The notes below the pieces were generated by a model, which did not search any database, was not told where the DNA came from, and saw only the letters and a list, made by a program, of their open reading frames with translations. Positions 30,790-42,120 of a stretch of DNA of 64,000 nt are shown one piece after another (position 1 is the stretch's first letter; each line of letters opens with the position of its first letter). This DNA is from Cyanidioschyzon merolae (Eukaryota): NCBI GenBank assembly GCA_000091205.1, contig AP006498.2, one strand, 5' to 3'. Made by a program: the position numbers and the translations under genes.

Positions 30790-31195
30790 ATATCGTTATG
30801 ACTTTGAAACCAGGTATCGGTACACCTATGAATTCAGAGCACAAGCTCAATGCAGTTCAGACAGGCGTGCTTCCGATATCATTCATACTTTCGACGCAAG
30901 TATCAGTACACCAGTGGCTTCAATGCACATGCTCAATGCAGTTCAGACAGGCGTGCTTCCGATATCATTCATACTTTCGACGCAAGTATCAGTACACCAG
31001 TGGCTTCAATGCACATGCTCAATGCAGCTCAGACAGGCGTGCTTCCGATATCATTCATACTTTCGACGCAAGTATCGGTACACCAGTGGCTTCAATGCAC
31101 AAGCTCAATGCAGCTCAGACAGGCGTGCTTCCGATATCATTCATACTTTCGACGCAAGTATCGGTACACCAGTGGCTTCAATGCACATGCTGAAC
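30790..31195. repeat. 86-bp tandem minisatellite: about 4 full units plus degenerate partial units at each end.
   Basis: The unit gctcaatgcagttcagacaggcgtgcttccgatatcattcatactttcgacgcaagtatcagtacaccagtggcttcaatgcacat starts at 30845, 30931, 31017 and 31103, an exact 86-bp period. The period is not a multiple of 3. The same peptide appears in three ORF frames (30437..31327, 30798..31193, 30850..31623), so these ORFs are artefacts of the repeat. Confidence 0.9.
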
Positions 31196-31777
31196 GCATC
31201 TCGGGTATGCCAGGGATCCAGGGGGAATCCAGAGTCTTCACTGTTGCTTGCGAACAATGCTTTTATCCGGCTTTTCAGACGATGCCAGCACCCAAGTTCA
31301 GAGCCCAGTGTCAACTACCGCAACTGAAGACTCCGCAAGCACAAGTCCTGCATCCTCCGACGGGTTGCGTTTCTTGTAACGCCCTTGAAGCCTCCGGAGG
31401 TGAGACGTCAGCAGACCTGGCGTCGACGGCGCACAGACCTGCGGATACTCGACAGCGATACGCTCGGCTGCTCAGCAGTTCGGATTTGAGGCGAGCGCCA
31501 ACTGGACTGGATCGTTCTACGCTTCTAGCTTGCGACGAGTCAACGGACATTGTCTACTTAGTCGACACTATACCAAAACGTGAGCTGAACGGCTTTTCGC
31601 TGCCCGCAGAGCTTTGGCGCTGAGGGCACTGACGGTGCGTCGCGTGCAGCGAGCCTACAGCTTGAACGCGGAGGTACTGCAGCTGGCGAACAGAGTCGCC
31701 GGGCCAAGGAAGCTCGCTGGTCGAAACACAGGCCTCAGCTCACGGATTTACTGCTTAGTAGTGGTCTCGTTGGCGCC

Positions 31778-34700
31778 ATGAACTTGTCGGACGAGTCGAC
31801 CTGCAGAGAGAGCAGCGGAGTCTCGGACTCAAAAACGCCGGTTACTGCGGATGAGCGGCTGTCCTCCAAGAGTACGGTTTACTCTATCTTCGGTTTGCGC
31901 CCGCAGTCGCTAGAGGAACCAAACGAGCAACGCTTTTCTTCAGACGTACTGGTTCAGAGTCAGGAACGTGGAAAGAACGACCAGGAAGCGAGTCTGCCGG
32001 TTACTAGGCAAGCGGCTGCCGCTGGTTGTGGCGCGCAGTCCTGCGATTCCATCGCTACCGTACCGCAGTTAACTGGAACGTCTCTCCAATCGCGAAACAG
32101 CGAACCCGGGTTGAGCAATCCGAAAGAGGCTGCCAATAGCTTCGAACCTGCTTCGTCGTCGTCGTCTTTGTCGTCGTCATCTGCTCCTTACGCGAAACCC
32201 TTGGATACAAGTTGTGCTCCAGCGCCCACGGGTATATTCCAAACGCGACATGCGCAGCTGAAACTAGATCGTGGTGAGCTCTGGAAGCTGCGAAGCGTCT
32301 TTGAAGCTCATGACCCACAACATCGGGGTCTGGAACTGCCAGACTTTTACGAGCTGGTGCACGAGTACTTCCCCCAAGCAAGCCTGAATGATGTCGCTTT
32401 CATCTTTCGGTTGTTCGATGTCGAACAGAACGGTCGTTTGTCTCTGCGTGACTTCATGTGTGGCTACGCAATCATATGTCATGCGACGGCCGAGGAACGC
32501 CTTCGCCTCTGCTTTGCCATGGTGGACCGCGACGCCTGCGGCCACCTGGACGAGCGACAGGTTGCACAAGCGCTGCACCTGCTCAGCAGTTATGCTGACC
32601 TGCTCGTACAGTTTAGTTCTGTAGGTGACCACGAAAATACCGGGGATCATGATGTAGACGCAGATGCTTTGCTAGAGATGGCGCGACTTATGGTAGAAAC
32701 GGCGACAAAGGAGCGCCTCAAGGGCACCCTAGGTAGCGCTCGGCAGAGTCGCTCAGTGTGTCCCATCGCAACAGAGCATGCTGAGTCTGAAGTGAACACA
32801 CACAAAATTGCGTTCGACGAGTTTCTTGAAATCGCCTTGAGGAATCCGCACATCCAGCACTGGTTGGCGGACATCGGTAGCGCTGTGGGCGCTGTGCATC
32901 CATCGCTACGAGATCAGAAGGAGGTCGAAATGATTGTTCTCGAGATTGAGCGACTGGGTTTCATTCGGACAGAGGCTTGTGCGAACGCTGCAGCACTCCC
33001 GCTCGAGAGTCGTCCGTCGACCAGTGAAGCGAGCATGGCGAGTTCCGCTCCAGTAGCGCGTTCGCTGTCGAGTTCGCTGGAAGAGACGGCACCGTCCAGC
33101 CAAGAGTACCTGCAACTGATACATCGTGGACGCTCACGTGAATCCAGCCAGCGTGGAGGATCTCTTTACTTGTCACAGTCGTTTTCCACAGTTCACCTTG
33201 CCGAGCAGGGCGGACAGCGACAGCTGTCGTTGCCTCAAACACCGGAGCTTCATCAAAATGAAGCGCGTGCTTCCATCCCACGCCTTCACGAGTTTAGCGA
33301 TGCGGAATTGCGCTTCGGATCCAGCCCAATGCGGATGGAGCGCAGATATGGATCGTTTCTGAGGGCCAGTCGCAGTGTTCTGTCGCATGAGCGTGCCTCG
33401 GCGCCGGACTCGCCGCCTGTTACCCGAAATGCCGGGGAAGGCCGGGCGCTTGCCACCGTAGCAGACATGAATGAGGAGGACCAGGCCAACCTGGACAATG
33501 ACGGTGAGCAGTCCCTTCAAGAGCATCCGTCAAAGCGACTCGAGGAGCACCCCGAGCTATTGTCGAATGAACCCGCTGCGCCGACGATGATGACGACGAC
33601 GACGAGTGCAGAAAACTTGCGCTCCAGTGACCAGGCAGCCATTGCCAAGATGACTTCGTTCCTGCTGCACTCGCCTTTTGTCATCGAGTACACGGCGCTT
33701 CGGTTTGAGCGCAAAATCGGTGAAGGCAGCTTCTCTGAGGTCTGGTCCGGCGAGTGGCTCCATCTGCCGGTCGCCATCAAGGTATTTAAGCGCTTTGATC
33801 CGAGCATGACCGGCACCTGGCCAATGCTGCGCGACGCAGGAGCCTCGCTAACCGGGACTTGCGAGCCACCCGGTATCGACGATCAAACAGTTGGCACCGC
33901 AGCTGCTTCCGCGAAAACCGCAACCCGCCCGGAATGCAGCACTGCAGCAACAATCGATCATGGGTTGGCTTCTTCGAGCTCCTCGGACTCGGAATCCTCC
34001 GTCGAAGCGATGACCTTCGAGACGGACGTCCAAGGGCACAGCGCCGGTGCCAGGCTTGATGAGGCGCTCTTCGCAGCGGACGCGGCAGCGGGGCTCAGCA
34101 TGTACGGTATCGACAAATCGCAAACGCATTACAATGGCCAGCAGCAGCAGCAGCAGCGAAAACATCCACGTCCTGGAATGCACCTCCTCGATGAGACACC
34201 GCGACGTCTCGATGAATTCAACCTCGTCTCTTTCGTTCGAGAGGTGGAGCTTCTGTCGCAGCTGCGTCATCCGAACGTGCTTCTCTATATGGGCGCCACT
34301 GCAGACCCCCGAAAACCGCTCTGTATCGTGAGCGAACTCTTTCCGGGTGGCTCGGTCCACGATTTGCTCTTCAAGCGACGGAAGCGCTTGAGCAAGCATC
34401 AAAAGCTGCGCATCGCTATTGCCGTGGCTCGTGGGATGCTCTACCTGCACTCCTGCAAACCGCAGATCCTCCATCGAGACCTCAAGTCGAGCAACGTGCT
34501 CGTCGACGAGTCACTGAACCGCATCGCGATCTGTGACTTTGGTTTATCCGCCCTGCGGCGTGCCGGTGCAGGTGAGTCGAGCAACTACGGGAGCGCCTGC
34601 GATGCCGATACCATGGGCACTCCCTACACCCTAGCACCCGAGGTCATGGGCGGAGAACCCTACACCGACAAGGCCGACGTCTACTCCTATAGCATTGTGC

Positions 34701-35803
34701 TGTGGGAGCTGCTGACGCGCAAAAAACCCTTCGAGAACCTCATGCCCGTCCAGCTGATGTACAAGGTGTACGCCCAGAACGCACGGCCGCCGCTGGGCGA
34801 GGTATATGCCGAATTCCAGGCGCTGCTCTCCCGGTGCTGGGAGCGAGATCCGCAATCTCGCCCCGACTTTGGGACGATACTAGATATTCTGGAAGACATC
34901 AGCCTCGAACTTGCGACGAACGCAGAGGATGCCTCTAGGTCATCCTCTGACGACGATACCGATAACACTGGCGTTGGTGGCGGCAGCGGCAGCAGCGGTG
35001 GCGGTAACGTTGGTGCAGACGCCCACGAGCGCGCAGCAGCACCCAGCCAGACCAAGCAGTTGCAGCTCATGAACGCAGTGGTGCAGAATGATCTTGCGCG
35101 GGTGAAGCGCCTCCTCGAACGTGGTGTCTCGCCTTGTTTCTGTGACTATGATCGGCGTACGCCGTTGCACGTTGCCGCTGCCGAAGGTTTTGTGGATATC
35201 GCGGTGTGCCTGCTGGAGCATGGTGCAGAGGTGAATGCACGCGATCGCTGGGGCTCGACACCCCTGAGCGAAGCGATACGCTTCCGTCATGAGCACTGTG
35301 CACAGGTGTTACGTGACCAGTACGGGGGCAGGATTTTCGATCAGAAGAGTCATTTCGAGCTTATCGATGCAGTTGCACGCGGTGATATTGCGGCGGTTCG
35401 CTCATTCATTGGCGAGGGCGTCGATGTGCGCCAGGCGGACTATGATCGACGTACCGCTTTACACTTGGCGGCTGCCGAGGGATACACTGAGGTGGCGAAA
35501 CTGCTCGTAGAGGCCGGTGCCGATGTCATGGCGACGGATCGTTGGGGCAGCACACCACTGCAGGAGGCGATTCGCTTCAAACATCCGGAAACTGCTGTCT
35601 ATATCGAATCGGTGATGGGTGCCCAGTTACGACAGCGTGCTCGCGGTTTAAGGCGGGATATCGGCGGGTCATCATCGAACGGTGCTGCCTCGCCACAGCG
35701 TTCGTTGCTGCGAACGAACACACCAGAGTCGGATCAGTTCGGACGGGGTCGATCGTCGCCGGCACCGCAGTCTCCGGGTAATGTCGATTACTATGGTGAC
35801 TAG
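31778..35803 (+). CDS. Multidomain signalling protein: N-terminal EF-hand pair, TKL-type Ser/Thr protein kinase domain with a roughly 500-aa low-complexity insert, and C-terminal ankyrin repeats.
   Basis: EF-hand loop DVEQNGRLSLRDF. Kinase motifs GEGSFSEVW, VAIKVF (VAIK), a long insert, then LRHPNVLLYMGA, HRDLKSSNVLVD, ICDFGLS, GTPYTLAPEV, DVYSYSIVLWELLT. Ankyrin repeats (RRTPLHVAAAEGFVDIAVCLLEHGAEVNARDRWGSTPLSEA, x3-4). Confidence 0.8.
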   Translation: MNLSDESTCRESSGVSDSKTPVTADERLSSKSTVYSIFGLRPQSLEEPNEQRFSSDVLVQSQERGKNDQEASLPVTRQAAAAGCGAQSCDSIATVPQLTGTSLQSRNSEPGLSNPKEAANSFEPASSSSSLSSSSAPYAKPLDTSCAPAPTGIFQTRHAQLKLDRGELWKLRSVFEAHDPQHRGLELPDFYELVHEYFPQASLNDVAFIFRLFDVEQNGRLSLRDFMCGYAIICHATAEERLRLCFAMVDRDACGHLDERQVAQALHLLSSYADLLVQFSSVGDHENTGDHDVDADALLEMARLMVETATKERLKGTLGSARQSRSVCPIATEHAESEVNTHKIAFDEFLEIALRNPHIQHWLADIGSAVGAVHPSLRDQKEVEMIVLEIERLGFIRTEACANAAALPLESRPSTSEASMASSAPVARSLSSSLEETAPSSQEYLQLIHRGRSRESSQRGGSLYLSQSFSTVHLAEQGGQRQLSLPQTPELHQNEARASIPRLHEFSDAELRFGSSPMRMERRYGSFLRASRSVLSHERASAPDSPPVTRNAGEGRALATVADMNEEDQANLDNDGEQSLQEHPSKRLEEHPELLSNEPAAPTMMTTTTSAENLRSSDQAAIAKMTSFLLHSPFVIEYTALRFERKIGEGSFSEVWSGEWLHLPVAIKVFKRFDPSMTGTWPMLRDAGASLTGTCEPPGIDDQTVGTAAASAKTATRPECSTAATIDHGLASSSSSDSESSVEAMTFETDVQGHSAGARLDEALFAADAAAGLSMYGIDKSQTHYNGQQQQQQRKHPRPGMHLLDETPRRLDEFNLVSFVREVELLSQLRHPNVLLYMGATADPRKPLCIVSELFPGGSVHDLLFKRRKRLSKHQKLRIAIAVARGMLYLHSCKPQILHRDLKSSNVLVDESLNRIAICDFGLSALRRAGAGESSNYGSACDADTMGTPYTLAPEVMGGEPYTDKADVYSYSIVLWELLTRKKPFENLMPVQLMYKVYAQNARPPLGEVYAEFQALLSRCWERDPQSRPDFGTILDILEDISLELATNAEDASRSSSDDDTDNTGVGGGSGSSGGGNVGADAHERAAAPSQTKQLQLMNAVVQNDLARVKRLLERGVSPCFCDYDRRTPLHVAAAEGFVDIAVCLLEHGAEVNARDRWGSTPLSEAIRFRHEHCAQVLRDQYGGRIFDQKSHFELIDAVARGDIAAVRSFIGEGVDVRQADYDRRTALHLAAAEGYTEVAKLLVEAGADVMATDRWGSTPLQEAIRFKHPETAVYIESVMGAQLRQRARGLRRDIGGSSSNGAASPQRSLLRTNTPESDQFGRGRSSPAPQSPGNVDYYGD

Positions 35804-35999
35804 TGTCGACGGGAGCACTGCGAATAAACGAGTTCGGGTTTACTTGAAGCAAAGTTTGTTCGGGCGACGAAGACGAGTGCGGCTTCATGCGCTGCAAATG
35901 AAAGCATTCGGGTTCACCAGAAACGCTGGTTTATCCTGTTTCCAGCACCGCCGGCTGCGTGTGCAGGCGCCCCGGCAGCGCCAGCACATGAACGCAGGC

Positions 36000-36155
36000 C
36001 ATGCACGAACCCGTACGGTAGAGAATGAACTGCTTCGGAGACCTCAGCTTCTTGAGTTGTACTGTTCGCCATGGGATACAGGCCGTGCACGAACCCGTAC
36101 GGCAGAGAATGAACTGCTTCGGAGACCTCAGCGTCTTGAGTTGTACTGTTCGCCA
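36000..36155. repeat. Two tandem copies of a 77-78-bp unit, about 200 bp downstream of the kinase gene stop.
   Basis: catgcacgaacccgtacggtagagaatgaactgcttcggagacctcagcttcttgagttgtactgttcgccatgggat is repeated with 3 substitutions. Confidence 0.85.
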
Positions 36156-36733
36156 TGGGATGCGTTGTTTCGTGCAGCTCTCAAGCTTCCAGGGAGCGCG
36201 AACGAGCTGGGTAGCCCCAGCGGCACCTAAGGCACCAGAATATCCAGGTGATTTCGAACGCTTTGGCCAAGTGCCAACCTATACCGAACGTGAAGCCTTG
36301 GGTTGCGTGGGAAATTCTTTGGGTTCCGCTCCAGAGATCGACGATGCGTACCAGGAAGACGCTATGCGCTGAAACGCATTCATATGCACAGCAGGATGGC
36401 ATTCGATTCGCACGGAAACCCGAGGCCGTCGTATCTGGCACCGGGCGATAGATAAAGACCGTAAAGCAACGTTCAAGGAGAGCGTCGATGCACCAGACGA
36501 GTGATAAACGGGATCAACATCAGCAGAGGTGTATGCGCTCCGCCCCAGCAACCTAGCTGGAAGCGAGTACGCTCGGTACGACTCGTCGCAAGAGCGAGGT
36601 ACCCGACGCGGCACCAGAAAGCAGGGAAACGCGCTCTGTCGTCGTAACGCTCCGTCGACATGCACCGACACGCGGGGCACACATCCGATACTGCGACAAT
36701 ACCCTACTGCTCGGAGGTGAGACGGGAATTCGT

Positions 36734-38950
36734 TCAGGTGAATGCACGCCGCCGCAACACCAGCACGAGCACCACCATGCTTGCGAGCGTGAGCGTGTCT
36801 ACAGTCACAAGTTTTCGCAGCCATCGCCACCACTGTGCAGACAGCGTACCCACAGGTCGCCAAGCGCTTCCCGAGGTCAATGCTCGGAGAAAACGCCGAA
36901 CGACATCGATACAGAGCACCAGATGCAGACCAATGATCATTCTGGGCGTGTTGGGCGAGCGCCTAGCACAAAATAAGTTCCGCCACCAGTACCAGGAGGT
37001 TCGCAAGTGCCAGCAACTCTCGAGTGCGGGCTGGCGTTCCAGACTGGACGTCGCGGCGGTTTCGCGCGGAGTACACCTTTCCGGAGTGCCAGCAAAACCA
37101 GTGCACGGGAACTGCGGAAGCGAAGCGCGCTCCGATGCTGGAGTGAATGCAGCATCCGCACACACGTTTTCTGGCGCTGCTGCTGGTGCTGCACTCGTCG
37201 ATGTTGCAGTCGATGTCGTTGGACTATCTCTCCTGCCGCCGATGATACCGTACAGAGAGCAATTAAGCAGCAGAAACTGACAGAGACTCGTGCTGAGCGA
37301 CCACCAAACAGAGCAGCAAAAAGTTCGTGAGCAACCGGCTTCAGCTAGTCTGATTCCGAGAAGCAAGAGCCGTGCGCTATCGTACCAGTCCCAAGCACGG
37401 AAGAGCGCGCTTTGCCGAACGCACGAAACCAGCAGCCGACAGGAACTTGTCGCGAAAGGTCCTCGAACTTGTGCAGCTTCTATTGAGTGCTGGGAAAGCG
37501 TCCGTTGAGACGATGCGATGGCGTGACGTGGTTGCGGTGTAGCTGGCATAAACGTACCAGCACACTTAGATGATGATGATGATGATATGGCGCCTCGTCT
37601 CTGACGAGGTGGGCACGTAGAGTGCGACTCCGGCGTGGGCGGAGCAGACGGCGCCATAGCGCTCTTCGCCTTGCCTCCAGATGACAGATGTAGTCGCTGC
37701 GAAAGCGCGACTGCTAGCTGCCCGTCGAATGTTTCAGGAGCATGGACTTTTTGCGCTGCAACAGACGCCCTGAAGAGCTGCTTGCACTTGCACAACAGCC
37801 AGCGTGACATTACGCAAGCCAGGAGCACACTGATCGTCCATGCTATGATGCAGAGATCGCCCCGTCGCCAGACAAGTGCCATGTTGCATGGCATGAGGCG
37901 CCGCCCGCTTTGGATCAGGGGTTCACAAAAACGCCATGCGACACGTGAAAAACAGATCCCAGCTATTGCCTTGGATTGTGCAGCAGATGTCGCAAGCAAC
38001 AGCTTCTCGCCAAAGGGCCAGAAGCAACCGAAACGGCGCCCTCGAGCAGCGAAGACACTTGCCAGGGTAAGGCCTGACATGAACGCAATGATCCATTTCA
38101 CGAAACGCTTCGGAAGCAGCTTGACTGGTACAAACCGCGGATATGCGGTTATCATGGTAGAAGGTGAATTCGCTCGCAACTGAACTGTGGCAGGTTCATC
38201 TTGCGTACGGCTTGGTTGCGGTCCCAAAAGTGCTCTCTGGGACGGTCTTTCGCGCTTGCCTAGCACGCCGTCAAGACGTTCTCGTAGTGATGCCTCTAGA
38301 CGCCTGGCGATGTACCATTTCCGCACGGCTGCCTCTACCTGCTCGAGCTGCCGCTCAACAGCCTCCTTGCAGCGTGGACAGAGTGCATACGCAGCATCGA
38401 TAGCCTGGAGCTCTCGATCGTACTGCTCGAAATGGGGAGTTCCCACGCCCCGCAGCGCTGCCTTTCCGCGCTGACGCGTTGCAGGCAGAGGCTGGCCCGG
38501 TTCCAGGAGCGCCGCCCTCGCTAGTCTCCAGCGTTCCAGTGTATCCAGGCAGGTTGCGCAGAACACGTGCATCGGACAAGGCACGTCAAGCGGATCCGTG
38601 GCCTTCAATGAGCCTCCGAGGGGCCGGCTATCGGGAGAGGCAACCTCCTGTGCGCTCAGTGTCAAAGTGTGGCGGGTCGATGCCGGCAAAGGAGTGAGCG
38701 CTGGACTCGGACGCCCACATCGAGCCGCGTAGAACGCAGGCCAGTGCTCGTCGTATCCAGACTCGCTTTGGGGGTCAAAACCATTGTAGGCGTCGCAGTG
38801 AGCGCAGATCAGGTGCGATATCGGTGCAGAGCCTTGCCCAGACTGTGAGCTGAAGAACGCGTGTCGTATCCAGCGCCGTAAACGCTGCACAAGTGTTGTC
38901 CCTGGGAGAAGCGCACCGCAAAAGTGACAGTGGTGCGTCCAAACCTGCAT
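36734..38950 (-). CDS. Ima1/Samp1 (TMEM201/NET5)-like inner nuclear membrane protein.
   Basis: The N-terminal Ima1_N zinc-finger pattern CHFCG...TLVQRLRR...CAHCDAYNGFD matches TMEM201 (CWFCNQ...CPHCEQYNGF). The downstream CPRCKEAVERQLEQVEAAVRKW resembles the CRPCQAAVEYYIKHQNRQLR motif of TMEM201. Several hydrophobic TM segments follow (LTLASVFAA; ISVLLACVMSRWLLC). Confidence 0.55.
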   Translation of the reverse strand: MQVWTHHCHFCGALLPGTTLVQRLRRWIRHAFFSSQSGQGSAPISHLICAHCDAYNGFDPQSESGYDEHWPAFYAARCGRPSPALTPLPASTRHTLTLSAQEVASPDSRPLGGSLKATDPLDVPCPMHVFCATCLDTLERWRLARAALLEPGQPLPATRQRGKAALRGVGTPHFEQYDRELQAIDAAYALCPRCKEAVERQLEQVEAAVRKWYIARRLEASLRERLDGVLGKRERPSQRALLGPQPSRTQDEPATVQLRANSPSTMITAYPRFVPVKLLPKRFVKWIIAFMSGLTLASVFAARGRRFGCFWPFGEKLLLATSAAQSKAIAGICFSRVAWRFCEPLIQSGRRLMPCNMALVWRRGDLCIIAWTISVLLACVMSRWLLCKCKQLFRASVAAQKVHAPETFDGQLAVALSQRLHLSSGGKAKSAMAPSAPPTPESHSTCPPRQRRGAISSSSSSKCAGTFMPATPQPRHAIASSQRTLSQHSIEAAQVRGPFATSSCRLLVSCVRQSALFRAWDWYDSARLLLLGIRLAEAGCSRTFCCSVWWSLSTSLCQFLLLNCSLYGIIGGRRDSPTTSTATSTSAAPAAAPENVCADAAFTPASERASLPQFPCTGFAGTPERCTPRETAATSSLERQPALESCWHLRTSWYWWRNLFCARRSPNTPRMIIGLHLVLCIDVVRRFLRALTSGSAWRPVGTLSAQWWRWLRKLVTVDTLTLASMVVLVLVLRRRAFT

Positions 38951-40589
38951 CTAGTTTCAGGGACAACTGGAGGAAGCGCTACTTCCCAGCGAACGCGAAA
39001 CCTGGCCCGGGGTTTGCTAAAAGATGATATTTGGCTTCGAGCTCGATATCCAAAAGCGCTTGCCGGGTGTTAGGTTGCCGTCTCGACGAGAGCAGGGGCC
39101 CGTCGTCCAAACTATGATCAAACCGCGAGTGATAAGCAGAAGATAAAGGTATCAGTGAGCTAGATGCTAGTTAAGAGAAGCAGCTCTTTTCTAGCGTTCA
39201 ATACAACTCGTTGTGATCACTATACGGTAAAGCTATTTTGCGGGCTACCGACAGAACACCAGAGACAGCTTCTTCAAAGCGTCCAGCACGCCATGTCGGG
39301 TGGAGTACGAGACACACCTACTGGTGAACTAGATGACGTATATCTGAGGCAGCTGTTCCCTTGCGTTTGTGCTGTGGTTACTGGTCATCTACCGACGGGC
39401 TCTCTAGTGACAACACCCAGTCGCATAGCAATTCGCCACGGCGCTACGCTCAAGGTAATCGTCGATGGATTCAGGTTTGTTGCTCCCCCTGCAGAGGGTA
39501 ATTCGATGCTACTTTGCGGCGGATAGCAGGAGATCGACATCAACAAGTAATTTTCCATATAGATCACAGGCGAACTACCAGTAGGATAGATGCTTCATTG
39601 TGCAGTGCAGTGAAGACTGCAATCCTTCTTCAGGTAAGTAATACTATAGTACTCAGATGCATGAGGGACACTGAAAGAAAGATGTGTACGAGCACTGCGC
39701 CAAAAACCGGTATTCTTAAAGACTGCTTGCTCTCAACGTTATGAAAACGACCCGATGATCATCCGACGAAAAGCAAAAGCGACGATCGTAGCCGCCAAGG
39801 CCTCTCTGTTTCTTAATAGCTTGTTCGCGTTGTCTTGAAAACACTGGTGTACAATCGCAAAAAAAGTCCTAGTTCAAGAAAGGACCTCTTCTACCGAAAT
39901 CGCATCTGCTATAGCTTTTCTGGGACTCAGCAATCGTTATTCAGTACAAGAAGGTCGGCTTGTTTTTCAGTCGACGAGACGTCCTTTGCACGAAACGGTC
40001 TGAACTTGGATGGGTATTCCGAGAGGGGCAGCCCGCTGCATGTGCGATTGAACTCGAGGAGAACGGCTGAATCACCTATTCTAGATGGAGTGGATTCATT
40101 TAGCGGCCTCACATTTGCTCGTAGAGAAGGTCCGGACAGCAGCACCAACCCTTTGTCGAATCACTGAATACTTTTCCCCTGACGTCTGGCGACGGTCTTC
40201 CATTCGAAAACGCGGTATTTCATCGTTCCCCATGCGTTCACGCTTCTGCGGATCCTCTCGGATAGAGCTACTTTTCGATCCTCCGTACGCTGTGTGGTTC
40301 AGTCGCATCGAAGGATTATTTTCTACTGTGAAACCTAATGATCGCTCCACTGGGCGAGTCGCTAGATCCTTCAGCACATGATGACACACCGGTGCACGTG
40401 TCGTGTTTCGTCCGCAAGTCCTTCTCGCTCCATGAAGGCGCTCGCCTATGGGCACAAAGAAGCTCTTTTGCTTCTAAAAATAAAAAATCTACGGGAAATG
40501 TTTGAACATGCGAGTTTAGGATCCAAAAAAGCCATCACCGCCGGGTTCGACAAAAAACCAGAGAGCAAATCCTCTTCTCGCCGACCACG

Positions 40590-40930
40590 CAGCGAAGAAG
40601 AGCAAATGACGAAGAAGAGGAGAGATAGGCGAGGAAACTGTTTGCCTGATGTGGTGATGACGAGTCTGTAATGGAGCATCGGGCACGAGTTCTAGAAATC
40701 CTTGCACTGCTGAGTTCAACCAGCGGCAACATAAGTATGGATTTTGTCAGCCGAGAGTTCAACACCGACATGCATATCACACGGTATGCGGTGCTGAAGA
40801 AGAGACCCAAGTAGCTTACGCAATCAAACTTCGTGGACCAGCCTCTGATGCTTGACATGTGATTCGATAAACTGAGACCGATACCAGGCGGCCGGTCCAA
40901 AGAGGCAGGGAGGCGACTGCGCGAAAGTAG
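40590..40930 (+). pseudogene. Short 3'-terminal fragment (copy E) of the TnpB/Fanzor-like element (RuvC-III region only).
   Basis: It translates to ...EEEQMTKKRR...RVLEILALLSSTSGNISMDFVSREFNTDMHITRYAVLKKRPK.LTQSNFVDQPL...PIPGGRSKEAGRRLRE, collinear with the RGLLALVSTTTNGKKRMEFVNREFNAAINIRRCAVLE...NFVGQPL...PVVGGRSKKTERHL tail of copies A-D. Nucleotide similarity ends at 40925. Confidence 0.55.
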
Positions 40931-42120
40931 ATATATATACCATCCATCGACGTGCAACGTTATTCGTTTTAGAGAGTATACATTCGATACTGGACGCTCG
41001 CGACTGATGATTCGTTCACAAGGTCATGCCGAAAGCTCACAGAACTTGCCGCGTCAAATATTCGATTCCGTTAGAAAGACAACTGATATGCATTTTGTGA
41101 CGATTGACGAAATCGAGCACGCCAGCAGGATATTACCGCTCACGGGATATGCCCACAGAACCTGTGTCTCTTCCGTTTCCGCGGAAAAGAGTCTTGGACT
41201 CCGACATCAGTCATCTCAGCGATCGCTTCCAGCAGGGCATGCGACAGCGCAGCATGCGAAAGGGGGAATCGACGGACTGGAATTTCATGACTTGGCCTCC
41301 AGTCTGGAATTTCCCTCCAGTGCGTGCATTATCATGGACAATATTGCGTCCAACAAATCCTCTGTCAAATGGAACATCGTGCTCTTGCGTGTGCAGCGGA
41401 CAGCGTACTCGCCGAGGGCACCGCCCAGAAGAAGCCCGTGATTATCGGGTAGGCAACGAGCGGGGAAACGGAGGTCGACCTCGAGTGGCGCCCTCTCTAC
41501 CCGTAGACGACAGGTACCGAGCGATGAACCAGGCTTTAACGCGACACAGGGCGCCCTCTTGGTGAAGAGCGTGCGTTGGATATACGGGAACACCTGACTG
41601 CATACAAGTGTCAGCGCTGCGAAGGCCGCTCCGAGGCTTCACAGAAGAAGAAGCTGAAAATTGCAAGCAAAGCGTAGAAGTAACGTTCGCATATGCATGA
41701 AATGCTTCGAGACCAAGCGGAAGCGGGAAAAGCGGTACTTTATCGCTGCCACCAACATCCTTCGACTGCCTGCATCGGAGCTAGATAGACAGGGCAGACC
41801 GGGGTCCATCAACCAGGAGCTACGGGAGTCCCGACAAAAGCCTTCACAGACCAAAGCCGCATATGCCACTGCTGACGACACCGAGAAGGAACCGAAACTT
41901 TAGTTTGTACGCCCGAGTTAGAGGAGTCGCTCCATTTGATTCTGACGCGGCTGTAAAGCCACCTGAGAGAATCAACGAAGAGCAGCACCGTTCCCAAAGA
42001 TTGATCCGATTGGCAACCCGGACGCGAAGTACATACCCCATTCCGCATGAGCTGGGGTTTTGGCTGTCGTTGCAGGCGCTTTTGCGCAGAGCCAGAGGCT
42101 CCATATGCTACGAAGCGGTC

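Noticed and set aside
30437-31623. Three overlapping ORFs (296, 131, 257 aa) encoding a repeated peptide ...QTGVLPISFILSTQVSVHQWLQCTCSMQ...
   Set aside because: They are generated by an 86-bp tandem DNA repeat whose period is not a multiple of 3. They are not a real repeat protein.
39164-39526. 120-aa ORF ending in ...LLCGG, reminiscent of a MoaD/Urm1-type beta-grasp sulfur-carrier C-terminus
   Set aside because: Apart from the terminal Gly-Gly there is no convincing alignment to ThiS, MoaD or Urm1. I leave it as an uncalled small ORF.
40800-40830. Possible second RuvC-III-bearing intact gene near the copy E fragment
   Set aside because: Only about 340 bp of homology is present. The DxNAAxNI motif is degraded (FNTDMHITR), and similarity ends before the conserved right end.
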